From NCBI GenBank assembly GCA_026416295.1, contig JAOAFL010000041.1, positions 3,799-67,798 of the forward strand: a stretch of DNA of 64,000 nucleotides, read 5' to 3'. Of this stretch, positions 31,848 through 40,651 are shown piece by piece. A model generated the notes under the pieces. The model saw only the letters and a list, made by a program, of their open reading frames with translations, was not told the DNA's origin and did no database searches. Positions within the stretch are counted from its first letter, which is position 1; each line of letters begins with the position of its first letter. Source of the stretch: Burkholderiales bacterium. Lineage in GTDB: Bacteria > Pseudomonadota > Gammaproteobacteria > Burkholderiales > SG8-39. The translations under genes were made by a program, and so were the position numbers.

Positions 31848-32483
31848 TCAGCGCGCGCCGAGCAGCGGGCGCAGCGCGCGCAGGACGTTTTCCGCGATCA
31901 GCGGCTGCGCCGCCTCGTTCGGGTGGATCCGGTCGGGCTGAAAGTACTCGTCGCGCTCTCCGAAGCCCTCGAAGAGAAACGGCAGCAGCGCGGCGCCGCC
32001 CGCTTTTGCCGCCTCGGCGAACGCCGCCTCGAACGCGCGCGTATAGTCCGGCCCGTAGTTGGGCGGAAGCCGCATGCCGGCGACGAGCACCCGCGCGCCT
32101 GCGCTTCGGCACTGCTCGATCATGCGCACGAGGTTCTGCCGCATCTGCGCGACCGGCAGCCCGCGCAGGCCGTCGTTGCCGCCGAGCGCGAGGACGACGA
32201 TCGCCGGCCGATGCGCAGCGAGCGCCTTCGGCAGCCGCGCGAGCCCACCGGCGGTCGTCTCGCCCGAGATGCTCGCGTTGACGACGATATAATCGGCGCG
32301 TTCGCGCTTCAGCCGAGCGGCGAGCAGCGCCACCCAGCCGCGTTGCTCGGCGATCCCGTAGGCCGCCGATACGCTGTCCCCGTAGACGAGGAGCGTCTGC
32401 GCCGCGCGCGCCGGCGCACACACGACAATGGACGCGACCCAGACGATCGCGAAGACGAGGACGCTGCTGCGCGCGCGCGGCAT
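31848..32483 (-). CDS. tesA: GDSL/SGNH arylesterase-thioesterase (TesA-like), secreted
   Basis: Internal ATG 32483 gives a signal peptide [27 protein letters not shown]. It is followed by LLVYGDSVSAAYG, GGNDGLRG and DRIHPN. The gene is divergent from the ybbA-like gene as in E. coli. Confidence 0.8.
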   Translation of the reverse strand: MPRARSSVLVFAIVWVASIVVCAPARAAQTLLVYGDSVSAAYGIAEQRGWVALLAARLKRERADYIVVNASISGETTAGGLARLPKALAAHRPAIVVLALGGNDGLRGLPVAQMRQNLVRMIEQCRSAGARVLVAGMRLPPNYGPDYTRAFEAAFAEAAKAGGAALLPFLFEGFGERDEYFQPDRIHPNEAAQPLIAENVLRALRPLLGAR

Positions 32484-33123
32484 CGGAAAGACCGTGAAAT
32501 CGGGCGCCGAGGACCTCGTCATTCTGCGCGATATTTCGCTCGACGTCAGCGCCGGCGAGGCGGTGGCGATCGTCGGCGCCTCGGGCTCGGGAAAGTCGAC
32601 GCTCCTTGCGATCCTCGCAGGGCTCGATACGCCCACCGCCGGGACCGTGGAACTCGACGGCGCCGATCTGTTCGCGCTCGACGAGGACGCGCGCGCAGTT
32701 CTGCGCGGCCGCGCGATCGGCTTCGTGTTCCAGTCCTTTCAGCTCCTGCCCGCGCTCACGGCGCTGGAGAACGTGATGCTGCCGCTGGAACTCGCCGGGC
32801 GCGGCGACGCCGAGCGCGAGGCGCGTGCGATGCTCGCCCGCGTGGGGCTCGCGGCGCGCCTCGGCCACTATCCGAAGCACCTCTCGGGGGGCGAGCAGCA
32901 GCGTGTCGCGCTCGCGCGCGCGTTCGTCGTGCGCCCGAAGCTGCTCCTTGCCGATGAACCGACCGGCAGCCTCGACACCGAATCCGGCGCGACGGTGATC
33001 GAGCTTCTCTTCGAACTCAATCGCGGTTACGGCACGACCCTCGTCATGGTCACGCACGATGAGGCGCTCGCCTCGCGCTGCGCGCGCATCGTGCGGCTCG
33101 CCGCCGGCCGCATCGTCGGATGA
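32428..33123 (+). CDS. ybbA: ABC transporter ATP-binding protein (YbbA/LolD-like)
   Basis: GASGSGKST (Walker A), [14 protein letters not shown] (signature) and [12 protein letters not shown] (Walker B). Confidence 0.87.
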   Translation: MDATQTIAKTRTLLRARGIGKTVKSGAEDLVILRDISLDVSAGEAVAIVGASGSGKSTLLAILAGLDTPTAGTVELDGADLFALDEDARAVLRGRAIGFVFQSFQLLPALTALENVMLPLELAGRGDAEREARAMLARVGLAARLGHYPKHLSGGEQQRVALARAFVVRPKLLLADEPTGSLDTESGATVIELLFELNRGYGTTLVMVTHDEALASRCARIVRLAAGRIVG

Positions 33124-35651
33124 TCCTGCGCCAGGCCTGGCGGATGCTCGCGCGCGACTGGCGCGCCGGGGAACTGGGCGTGCTCGCGGCGGCGCTCGCG
33201 GTGGCGGTGGCGAGCGTGACGAGCGTCGCCTTCTTCGCCGACCGGGTGAGCCGGGCGCTGGTGCGCGATGCGCACCAGCTGCTCGGGGCGGATCTGGTGC
33301 TCGTGTCCGATCACCCGTGGTCGCCGGCGATCGCCGAGGAAATCCCGCGCCGGGGTCTGGCGGCCGCGCGCGCGATGAGCTTCGTCAGCATGGTGTTCGC
33401 GGGAGAGTCCTCGCATCTGGCTGGCGTCAAGGCGGTGAGCGAGAACTATCCGCTCCGCGGCAGGCTACGCATCGCGCCGGCGCCCGGTGCGCCGGACGCG
33501 CCGGCCGAAGGCGGGCCGCGGCGCGGCACCGTATGGATCGAGGAACGGCTCGTGAGCGCACTCGATGCGCCGGTCGGAAGCCGCCTGCGGCTTGGCGAAG
33601 CCACCTTCGAGGTGGCCGCCGTGCTCACGCTCGAACCGGAACGCGGCGCGAACTTCTTCAACATCGCGCCGCGGCTCTTCATGCACATCGAGGACGTGGC
33701 CTCGACCGGCCTCATCCGCACCGGGAGCCGTGTCTGGTACACGCTCTACGCCGCCGGTCCCCGGGCGCAGGTGGACGCGTTCGAGGCCTGGGCGAGGCAG
33801 CGCCTCGAACGCGGCCAGCGCGTGGACAATCTGGAAAGCGGCCGTCCCGAGGTGCGCGCCGCGATCGAGCGTGCCGAACGGTTCCTCGGGCTGACCGCGC
33901 TGCTTGCGGCGATCCTCGCGGGCGTGGCGATCTCGCTCGCGACGCGCCGCTTCGTCGAGCGGCATCTGGACGGCTGCGCGGTGATGCGCTGCCTCGGGGC
34001 GACGCAGCGCCGGCTCCTTGCCCTCTACGGCACGGAATTCGTGCTGCTCGGAGCGATCGCCGCCGCGGTCGGCTGTCTCGCAGGGGTCGCCGCACAGGGT
34101 GCGATCGCGGCGGCGCTCGCGGAAATGCTGCGCGCAGAGCTTCCGCCGCCCGCCGCGCTTCCCGCGGTGCAGGGGTTTCTCGTCGGCCTTGTGCTGCTGC
34201 TCGGCTTTGCGCTGCCGCCGCTCGTGCAATTGAAGAACGTACCGGCGCTGCGCGTGATGCGCCGCGAGGCGGGGCGGCCGAAGGGCGGGGCGCTCGCGGT
34301 GTATGGCGCGGGGCTTGCCGCGCTCGCGGGGCTGCTCTTCTGGCAGGCCGGGGACGCGAAACTGGGCGCGATCGTGGTCCTCGGCTTCGGCGCGGCGGTC
34401 GCCGCCTTCACCGCGATCGCGTGGGCGCTCCTGCGGTTGCTTGCGAGCGGCGCGGTCGCCCGGCGCGTCGCTGCGCTTGCCGCGATGCGGTCCGGACCGG
34501 CGGCGAGCGCCTTGCGCTACGGGCTTGCCAACCTGCGCCGGCATGCGCGCGCGAACGCCGCGCAGGTCGCAAGCCTCGCCCTCGGCCTCACGGTGCTGCT
34601 GCTCCTCACCTTTACCCGCAACGATCTGGTGGACGCCTGGCGAAGAAGCGCGCCGCCCGATGCGCCGAACCGCTTCGTGATCGGCGTGCAGCCGGATCAG
34701 CTCGAGGCGGTGAAGCGCCACTTCGCCGAGCACGGCATCGGAGCGCCCGAGTTCTATCCGATGGTGCGCGGGCGACTCGTCGCGGTGAACGGCCGGCCGG
34801 TGTCGGAATCCGATTTCGAGGGCGAGCGCGCGCGCCGGTTGGTCGAGCGCGAGTTCAACCTGTCCTACGTCGAGCGATTGCCGTCGCACAACGCGATCGC
34901 CGCCGGCCGCTGGTTCGCGCCCTCGAGCCCCGGCCATCCGCGCGAGCTTTCGGTCGAGGAGGGGATCGCGAAAACGCTCGGCTGGCAGCTCGGCGACGAG
35001 CTCACGTTCCGCGTGGGGGCGGACGCCTTCAGCGCGCGCATCACGTCGCTGCGCCGGCTGCGCTGGGACTCGATGAAGGTGAACTTCTTCGTCATCGCAC
35101 CGCCGGCGCTGCTTGCCGAGTTTCCGGCGAGCCACATCGCCGCGTTCCGCATCGAGCCGGGCGGCGAAAAAGCGCTCGATGCGCTCGTCGCGCGGTTTCC
35201 GAACGTGACCGTGGTCGACGTCGCTGCAGCGGTGCGCCAGGCGCAGGCGGTGGTGGACCAGGTGATCGTCGCGGTGCAGGTGGTGTTCCTGTTCGCGCTC
35301 GGCGCGGGGCTGCTTGTCCTTTATTCGGCGCTCGCGGCCACCGAGGACGAGCGCCGGCGCGAGGCGGCGCTGATGCGCGTCTGTGGCGCCTCGCGCGCGC
35401 AGGTGACCGGCATTCAGCGCGTCGAGTTTCTCGCCATGGGGCTGCTCGCCGGTCTGCTTGCCACCGGCGGGGCGGCGGCGATCGGCCAGCTTCTTGCACG
35501 GCGGGTGTTCGAACTGGATCTTCCGCCGAGCCCGTGGCTGCTCGTCGCCGGGCCGCTCGCGGGGCTTGCGCTTCTTGCCTTCAACGCCTGGATCTCGGCG
35601 CGCAAGGTGCTCGCGGCGGCGCCCGCGGCGACGCTCAGGGACTCGGTCTAG
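33120..35651 (+). CDS. ybbP: FtsX-family ABC transporter permease (YbbP-like, duplicated)
   Basis: 843-aa track ORF. Its ATG overlaps the ybbA-like stop (ATGA). It contains two FtsX-like 4-TM modules. Confidence 0.85.
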   Translation: MILRQAWRMLARDWRAGELGVLAAALAVAVASVTSVAFFADRVSRALVRDAHQLLGADLVLVSDHPWSPAIAEEIPRRGLAAARAMSFVSMVFAGESSHLAGVKAVSENYPLRGRLRIAPAPGAPDAPAEGGPRRGTVWIEERLVSALDAPVGSRLRLGEATFEVAAVLTLEPERGANFFNIAPRLFMHIEDVASTGLIRTGSRVWYTLYAAGPRAQVDAFEAWARQRLERGQRVDNLESGRPEVRAAIERAERFLGLTALLAAILAGVAISLATRRFVERHLDGCAVMRCLGATQRRLLALYGTEFVLLGAIAAAVGCLAGVAAQGAIAAALAEMLRAELPPPAALPAVQGFLVGLVLLLGFALPPLVQLKNVPALRVMRREAGRPKGGALAVYGAGLAALAGLLFWQAGDAKLGAIVVLGFGAAVAAFTAIAWALLRLLASGAVARRVAALAAMRSGPAASALRYGLANLRRHARANAAQVASLALGLTVLLLLTFTRNDLVDAWRRSAPPDAPNRFVIGVQPDQLEAVKRHFAEHGIGAPEFYPMVRGRLVAVNGRPVSESDFEGERARRLVEREFNLSYVERLPSHNAIAAGRWFAPSSPGHPRELSVEEGIAKTLGWQLGDELTFRVGADAFSARITSLRRLRWDSMKVNFFVIAPPALLAEFPASHIAAFRIEPGGEKALDALVARFPNVTVVDVAAAVRQAQAVVDQVIVAVQVVFLFALGAGLLVLYSALAATEDERRREAALMRVCGASRAQVTGIQRVEFLAMGLLAGLLATGGAAAIGQLLARRVFELDLPPSPWLLVAGPLAGLALLAFNAWISARKVLAAAPAATLRDSV

Positions 35652-35659
35652 AATTCCGC

Positions 35660-36840
35660 ATGCTCGAGGCCGCCCTCGCGGCGGCGCTCCTTGCCGCCGC
35701 CCTCGCGCTCTGGCTCGTCTGGCGCGCCGCCCGCGCCCGCGCGGCGTTCGAAAAATCGCTCGAAGAAAAGCACCGGCAGATGCTCGCCGACCTGCACGCG
35801 GGGCTCGAGCGGCAGGCCGACCGGCTGGGCGCGCGTCTGGGCGAGGAACTGGAGCGCTCCCGCGCGGCGCTGCACCGGCTCGAGCTTTCGGTCGGCAAAA
35901 GCCTCGGCGAGACGGCGGAGAAGCTGAACGCCCGCATCGAGGCGCGGCTCGAACAGATCTCGGGGCGCGTGGGCGAGCGGCTGGAAGAAGGTTTCCGGCG
36001 CACGAACGAAACCTTCGTCAGCGTGAGGGAGCGCCTTGCCGCGATCGACGAGGCGCAGAAGAAGATCGAGACGCTCGCCGGCAGCGTGGTGAGCCTGCAG
36101 GAGCTCCTTGGCGACAAGCGCGCGCGCGCGGCGCCTTCGGCGAGGTGCAGCTGGAGGCGCTCGTGAGAAACGTCCTTCCGCCGCAGGCGTTCGAGATGCA
36201 GGCGACGCTTTCGAACGGGGCGCGCGCCGACTGCGTGCTGAGGCTTCCGCCGCCGACCGGGCTCGTCGCGGTGGACGCGAAGTTTCCGCTCGAGAACTAC
36301 CACCGCATGCTCGATCCCGAGGCAGACGACGCCTCGCGCGCGCTGGCGCAGAAGCAGTTCCGTGCGGACGTCAAAAAGCACGTCGAGGACATCGCGCGCA
36401 AGTACATCGTGCCGGGGGAGACCGCCGAGGGCGCAGTGATGTTCGTGCCGGCCGAGGCGGTGTTCGCCGAGATCCACGCCTACCATCCGGAAGTGGTCGA
36501 GTATGCGATCGCGCGGCGCGTCTGGATCGTCTCGCCCACCACCCTCATGGCGGTGCTCAACACCGCGCGCGCGGTGCTGAAGGACGTCGAGACGCGCCGG
36601 CAGGTGCACGTGATCCGCGAGGCGCTCGCGCGCCTCGGGCAGGACTTCCGCCGGTTCGAAGAGCGCATGAAAAAGCTCGCCGACCACATCCGGCTCGCGC
36701 ACCAGGACGCCGAGGACGTGCAGACCTCCAGCCGCCGGATCGCGCAGCAGTTCCAGCGAATCGAGGCGGCGCAGCTCGAAGGCGACGCCCCCGCCGCGAA
36801 CGTCGTTCGCCTGCCCGAGGAGCGCAGGCCCGGGGGGTAG
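35660..36840 (+). pseudogene. rmuC: DNA recombination protein RmuC, split by a frameshift in a (GC)6 tract
   Basis: The N-terminal 155 codons from ATG 35660 (MLEAALAAALLAAALALWLVW...SVVSLQELLGDKRAR) are in frame 2 and terminate at 36166. The conserved continuation GAFGEVQLEALVRNVLPP...VMFVPAEAVFAEI...IVSPTTLMAVL runs in frame 1 to 36840. The junction is at 36118-36130. Confidence 0.75.
36118..36130. repeat. alternating GC dinucleotide tract, (GC)6G
   Basis: gcgcgcgcgcgcg lies exactly at the rmuC frame switch. Removing one GC unit restores ...DKRARGAFGEVQLE... Confidence 0.9.
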
Positions 36841-37169
36841 GTGTCGACCGAAACTGGGGCAGCGGACGCAAAGTGGACCGGTCCGACATCCGGACGCTCA
36901 ACCGGATCGAGATGGTGCGCAGCCGGCGATCCCAAAGCTGCGCTGGCTGGACGAGGCCCGGCGCTTCACGCTGCTTGCGCGCGCTGCCCGCGACAAGGCT
37001 GCGGCCGATGCGCTCGCTCGGGGGCACGAGACGCGACCGATCCGGTCCGCGATGTTGCGGCGCCTTTCGCAGCCGACCCGGCACCGTCGCCGAAGGCTTG
37101 AGCCGGCGGCGTTGCGCTCACCGGCGTTGCCCGCAAGACCGACCCGGTGGATCCGGTCCTGGAGGCGCT

Positions 37170-37610
37170 GATCGCGCGGGCGGGCGCGGCTTGCCCGGGC
37201 GCAGATCGTGCGCGAGCGCGGCGCGCACGGGCTTGTTGAGGAGCAGCAGCCCCGCCTCGCGCGCGGCGGATCAGCTCCGGATCGGTGTCGCCGGAGACGA
37301 CGATGCAGGGCAGGCGGCCGCCGAAGGCGCTCGCGCAGGGCGGCGACCGCGGCGAATCCCGTCTCTCCCTCCCGCAGCGGGTAGTCCACGAGCGCTACCG
37401 AGGGCGCAAGCTCCCGGCTTCAAGCGCCCGGCGCGCACGCGCCGGGTGCATGCGAGTCCGCTCGCGCGGCGATCGGAGAGGCCTTCAGGTCTCTGTGGAT
37501 GCGGCGCGCGTCACCGACGGCACGGCGTGCTTTCCGAAAAGCTCGATGAACGTGCACGCGAACGCCGCGGTCGCGTTCTGAACGGCGCCTCGTTGAAGGT
37601 CAGGCGGTCG
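37170..37610 (-). pseudogene. relic of a response-regulator receiver domain (at least 3 frameshifts and in-frame stops)
   Basis: I pieced the reverse strand together across frames: ...ARRALEAGS / APSVALVDYPLREGETGFAAVAALRER / FGGRLPCIVVSGDTDPELIRRA / REAGLLLLNKPVRAALAHDL. This matches the D-Y-x-L...G-x-T-G...(S/T)GD(T)...KP pattern of hybrid-kinase receiver domains. No intact ORF covers it. Confidence 0.45.
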
Positions 37611-37661
37611 GCGACGCCCGCAACGCGTTCGCGAGCTGATCGAAGGGTCGTGTTGTCGGCG

Positions 37662-38423
37662 TCAGGCCGCCGCGCGCTCGGCGTCGGGAAGGAAACGGCG
37701 CGCGTAGCGGGCGGAAAGGCGCGAAAGGGGCAGGAGCAGGAAGAAGTCCGCGGTGTTGAATTCGGGGTCGAGTGCCGGCTCGCCGCAGATCCAGGCGCCG
37801 GCGGCGAGATAGCCGCGCAAGAGCGGCGGCGGCACGGCTGGGCGCGACGCGTCGAGTCGCGCGAGCGGCAGGGGCCGTAACGGCCGGACTCGGTATTCGA
37901 CGGGTGCGAGATGCGCGGGCGCAAGGCGCGCGTACAGCGACGCGGCTGCGTGGCCGCCGTCGGCCGCGCTCACCGACGCGCAGCCGGCAAGGTGGGTATA
38001 TCCCGAGGCGAGCATGTAGCGAGCGAGCGCCGACCAGAGCAGCATGATGAGCGCGCCGCTGCGGTGCGCCGGATGGATGCACGAGCGGCCGAGTTCGACC
38101 AGCACGCCGCGCAGCGACGCGAGCGGCGCGAGATCGAATTCGCCTTCCGAGTAGTAGCGCCCGAGGCGGCGCGCCGCCTCGGGCGCGAGCAACCGATAGG
38201 TGCCGACCACGGCGCCGCCCGTGGCTTCGCGCACGACGAGGTGCTCGCACCAGGGGTCGAAGAGGTCGCGATCGAGACCGGCGACGCCGGGCAGCCGCGC
38301 GCCGAGCTCCTCGGCGAATACGCGCCAGCGCAGCCCCTGCGCCGCGCGCACCGTCTCCGGATCGCGCGCAAAGCCTACGGTGTAGCGTGGCGCGCGCAGC
38401 TGCGGCGGATCAGTCCGGCCCAT
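37662..38423 (-). CDS. GNAT-type N-acyltransferase, OlsB / N-acyl amino acid synthase-like
   Basis: 253 aa, FARDPETVRAAQGLRWRVFAEELGA...VVGTYRLL...YYSEGEFDL...LVELGRSCIHPAHR. This is the pattern of ornithine-lipid OlsB-type (Acetyltransf_5) proteins. Confidence 0.7.
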   Translation of the reverse strand: MGRTDPPQLRAPRYTVGFARDPETVRAAQGLRWRVFAEELGARLPGVAGLDRDLFDPWCEHLVVREATGGAVVGTYRLLAPEAARRLGRYYSEGEFDLAPLASLRGVLVELGRSCIHPAHRSGALIMLLWSALARYMLASGYTHLAGCASVSAADGGHAAASLYARLAPAHLAPVEYRVRPLRPLPLARLDASRPAVPPPLLRGYLAAGAWICGEPALDPEFNTADFFLLLPLSRLSARYARRFLPDAERAAA

Positions 38424-38468
38424 CGTGGCGTCCTCGCTCGACTGGAATCCGGGCCGACATGCTCGCTG

Positions 38469-38490
38469 GCCGCGATGACGCCGCGATGAC
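38469..38490. repeat. perfect 11-bp tandem direct repeat (GCCGCGATGAC x2; GTCATCGCGGC x2 on the minus strand) in a divergent promoter region
   Basis: Read directly. Unit 1 is 38469-38479 and unit 2 is 38480-38490. The repeat lies 46-67 nt upstream of the OlsB-like ATG and 52-73 nt upstream of the dgkA ATG. Confidence 0.9.
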
Positions 38491-38541
38491 CGCGGCGTGA
38501 AACGCCGGTGACGCGACGCGCGTGCTAGAGTCGGCGCGCCG

Positions 38542-38913
38542 ATGCAGGAAAGCCCCTACAAGGGAAAGACCGGTCTGCGGCGGCTCGCGAACGCGTTGCG
38601 CTGTTCGCTCGCCGGCCTCGCCGAGGCCGCGCGCCACGAAGACGCCTTCCGCCAGGAGCTCGCGCTTGCGGCGCTGCTCGTGCCGCTCGGCCTTGCGCTC
38701 GGCGCAAACGGCGCCGAGCGTGCGCTGCTCGTCGGCAGCGTGCTTCTGGTGCTCGTCGTCGAGCTGCTCAATTCGGCGATCGAGGCGACGGTGGACCGCG
38801 TCTCGCTCGAGGACCATCGCCTCGCGCGGCGCGCAAAAGACCTCGGCAGCGCGGCGGTGATGACGGCGCTCGCGCTGATGACCGCGGTCTGGGCGATCGT
38901 GCTTCTCGCGTAA
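38542..38913 (+). CDS. dgkA: diacylglycerol kinase (membrane, DgkA type)
   Basis: 123 aa, GLRRLANALRCSLAGLAEAARHEDAFRQEL...VELLNSAIEATVDRVSLE...AKDLGSAAV. Confidence 0.9.
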   Translation: MQESPYKGKTGLRRLANALRCSLAGLAEAARHEDAFRQELALAALLVPLGLALGANGAERALLVGSVLLVLVVELLNSAIEATVDRVSLEDHRLARRAKDLGSAAVMTALALMTAVWAIVLLA

Positions 38914-38977
38914 TCGTCACGCGATCGTCACCGCGCCGTCATCGGCGCTTCATCGGCAAGGCGCACACTCGCGCGAC

Positions 38978-40129
38978 GTGTACGTCGCGATGGTGACGGA
39001 AACGTACCCGCCGGAGGTGAACGGCGTGGCGCGCACCGCGGCGCGCATGGCCGAGGGACTGCGCGCCCGCGGCCACGAGCTGCAGCTCGTGCGGCCGCGC
39101 CAGAACGGCGCCGACGTCGCGGCGAACGAACCGGGACTGCGCGAACTGCTGCGTCCGGGATTGCCGATTCCGCGGTATCCGCAGCTTCGCTTCGGGCTGC
39201 CCGCGGGCCGCGCGCTCGCGCGCGCCTGGCGCGAACGGCGCCCCGATGTGGTGAGCGTCGTCACCGAAGGTCCGCTCGGACGCTCGGCGGTGTCGGCCGC
39301 GCGCCGGCTCGGCATCCCGGTGGTCACCGAGTTTCACACCAATTTCCACGCGTACTCCGGCCACTACGGCATCGGCTGGATGCGGCGCCCGATTCTCGCC
39401 TACCTGCGCCGGTTTCACCGCCGCGCCGCGTGCACGCTCGTGCCCACGCGCGAGCTCGCGGCGCAGCTCGCGGCGATGGGGATCGAGCGCGTGCGCGTCG
39501 TCGGGCGCGGCGTGGACCACGGCACGTTTTCGCCCGCCCGACGCTCGGCCGAGCTGCGCCGCAGCTGGGGGGCGTCGGAGCGCACGCCGGTCGCGCTGTG
39601 CGTGAGCCGCTTCGCGCCGGAAAAGAATTTTCCGCTCGCGCTCGAAGCCTGGCGCGCGATGCGGCTCGTGCGGCCGGACACCAAGCTCGTGCTGGTCGGC
39701 GACGGGCCGATGCGCGCGGAACTGGAGCGCAGCGGCGCCGACTGCATCGTCGCCGGCCGCAAACTGAACGGGGAACTCGCCGCGTACTACGCCTCGGCCG
39801 ACATCTTTCTGTTTCCGAGCGAGACCGAGACCTTCGGCATCGTGACGCTCGAGGCGATGGCGAGCGGGCTGGCGGTCCTCGCCTACGACTACGCCGCGGC
39901 GCGCGAGCACCTGCAGAACGGCGTCTCGGGGCTGCTTGCGCCGCCCGGCGATCGCCACGCGTTCATCATCCGCGCGCAGCTTCTCGCACGCGACGTCGAA
40001 TTCGCGCGCCGACTGGGGCGCGCGGCGCGCCACGCCGCCGAGTCGCTCGGCTGGGACCGCGTGGTCGGCGACTTCGAGGCGGCGCTCGCGCAGGCCGCAT
40101 CGGGCGCAGGCGGACGTGACGCGGCTTGA
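38978..40129 (+). CDS. GT4-family (GT-B) glycosyltransferase
   Basis: 383 aa, VAMVTETYPPEVNGVARTA...FPSETETFGIVTLEAMASGLAV (EX7E-type C-terminal motif). Confidence 0.85.
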   Translation: MYVAMVTETYPPEVNGVARTAARMAEGLRARGHELQLVRPRQNGADVAANEPGLRELLRPGLPIPRYPQLRFGLPAGRALARAWRERRPDVVSVVTEGPLGRSAVSAARRLGIPVVTEFHTNFHAYSGHYGIGWMRRPILAYLRRFHRRAACTLVPTRELAAQLAAMGIERVRVVGRGVDHGTFSPARRSAELRRSWGASERTPVALCVSRFAPEKNFPLALEAWRAMRLVRPDTKLVLVGDGPMRAELERSGADCIVAGRKLNGELAAYYASADIFLFPSETETFGIVTLEAMASGLAVLAYDYAAAREHLQNGVSGLLAPPGDRHAFIIRAQLLARDVEFARRLGRAARHAAESLGWDRVVGDFEAALAQAASGAGGRDAA

Positions 40130-40649
40130 GACCGCGCTCGCCGGCATTCGGCGCTGGGACGAGCGCCACACGCTGCGGCTCAATCGCGCCCTCGACTATC
40201 CCAGCGTGCACGCGCTTTTCTTGGCGGCGAGCCGCGCCGGCAACGGCATCGCCTGGTACGCGCTGATGCTGGCGATGCTTCTCGCCGACCCGCGCGGCGC
40301 GGCCGGCGCGGTCCTGCACATGGCGGCGGTCGGCCTGGCCGGCACGCTCGCTTACACCCTGCTCAAGCGCGGCACCCATCGGCCGCGACCGTGCGAAGTG
40401 CACGCGCACATCCGCGCCGGCGACGTGCCGCTCGACCGGTTCAGCTTTCCCTCGGGCCACACGCTGCATGCGACGGCGTTCACGATCGTCGCGCTCGCCT
40501 ACCAGCCGGGGCTCGCCCCGCTCGTCGTGCCGTTCGCGCTGCTCGTGGCCGCCTCGCGCGTCGTGCTCGGACTGCACTACCCGAGCGACGTGCTCGCTGG
40601 CGCGGCGATCGGCGCCGCGATCGCCGCGGCCTCGTTCGCCGCGCTCTGA
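40116..40649 (+). CDS. PAP2-family lipid phosphatase
   Basis: GTG 40116 lies within track ORF 39936..40649. All three PAP2 motifs are present: KRGTHRPRP, SFPSGHT and SRVVLGLHYPSDV. It overlaps the glycosyltransferase 3' end by 14 nt. Confidence 0.8.
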   Translation: MTRLETALAGIRRWDERHTLRLNRALDYPSVHALFLAASRAGNGIAWYALMLAMLLADPRGAAGAVLHMAAVGLAGTLAYTLLKRGTHRPRPCEVHAHIRAGDVPLDRFSFPSGHTLHATAFTIVALAYQPGLAPLVVPFALLVAASRVVLGLHYPSDVLAGAAIGAAIAAASFAAL

Positions 40650-40651
40650 GC

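Noticed and set aside
33059-35659. N-terminal 867 codons of the 1035-aa plus-strand ORF 33059..36166
   Set aside because: It is out of frame with the well-supported FtsX-type permease (33120..35651). Only the final part from ATG 35660 is meaningful, as the RmuC N-terminus.
36108-37880. 590-aa plus-strand ORF and the 86-aa ORF 36841..37101 in the decayed gap
   Set aside because: Both are Arg/Gly/Ala-rich with no domain signature. They overlap the rmuC C-terminal frame and the OlsB-like gene antisense. I treated them as non-coding.
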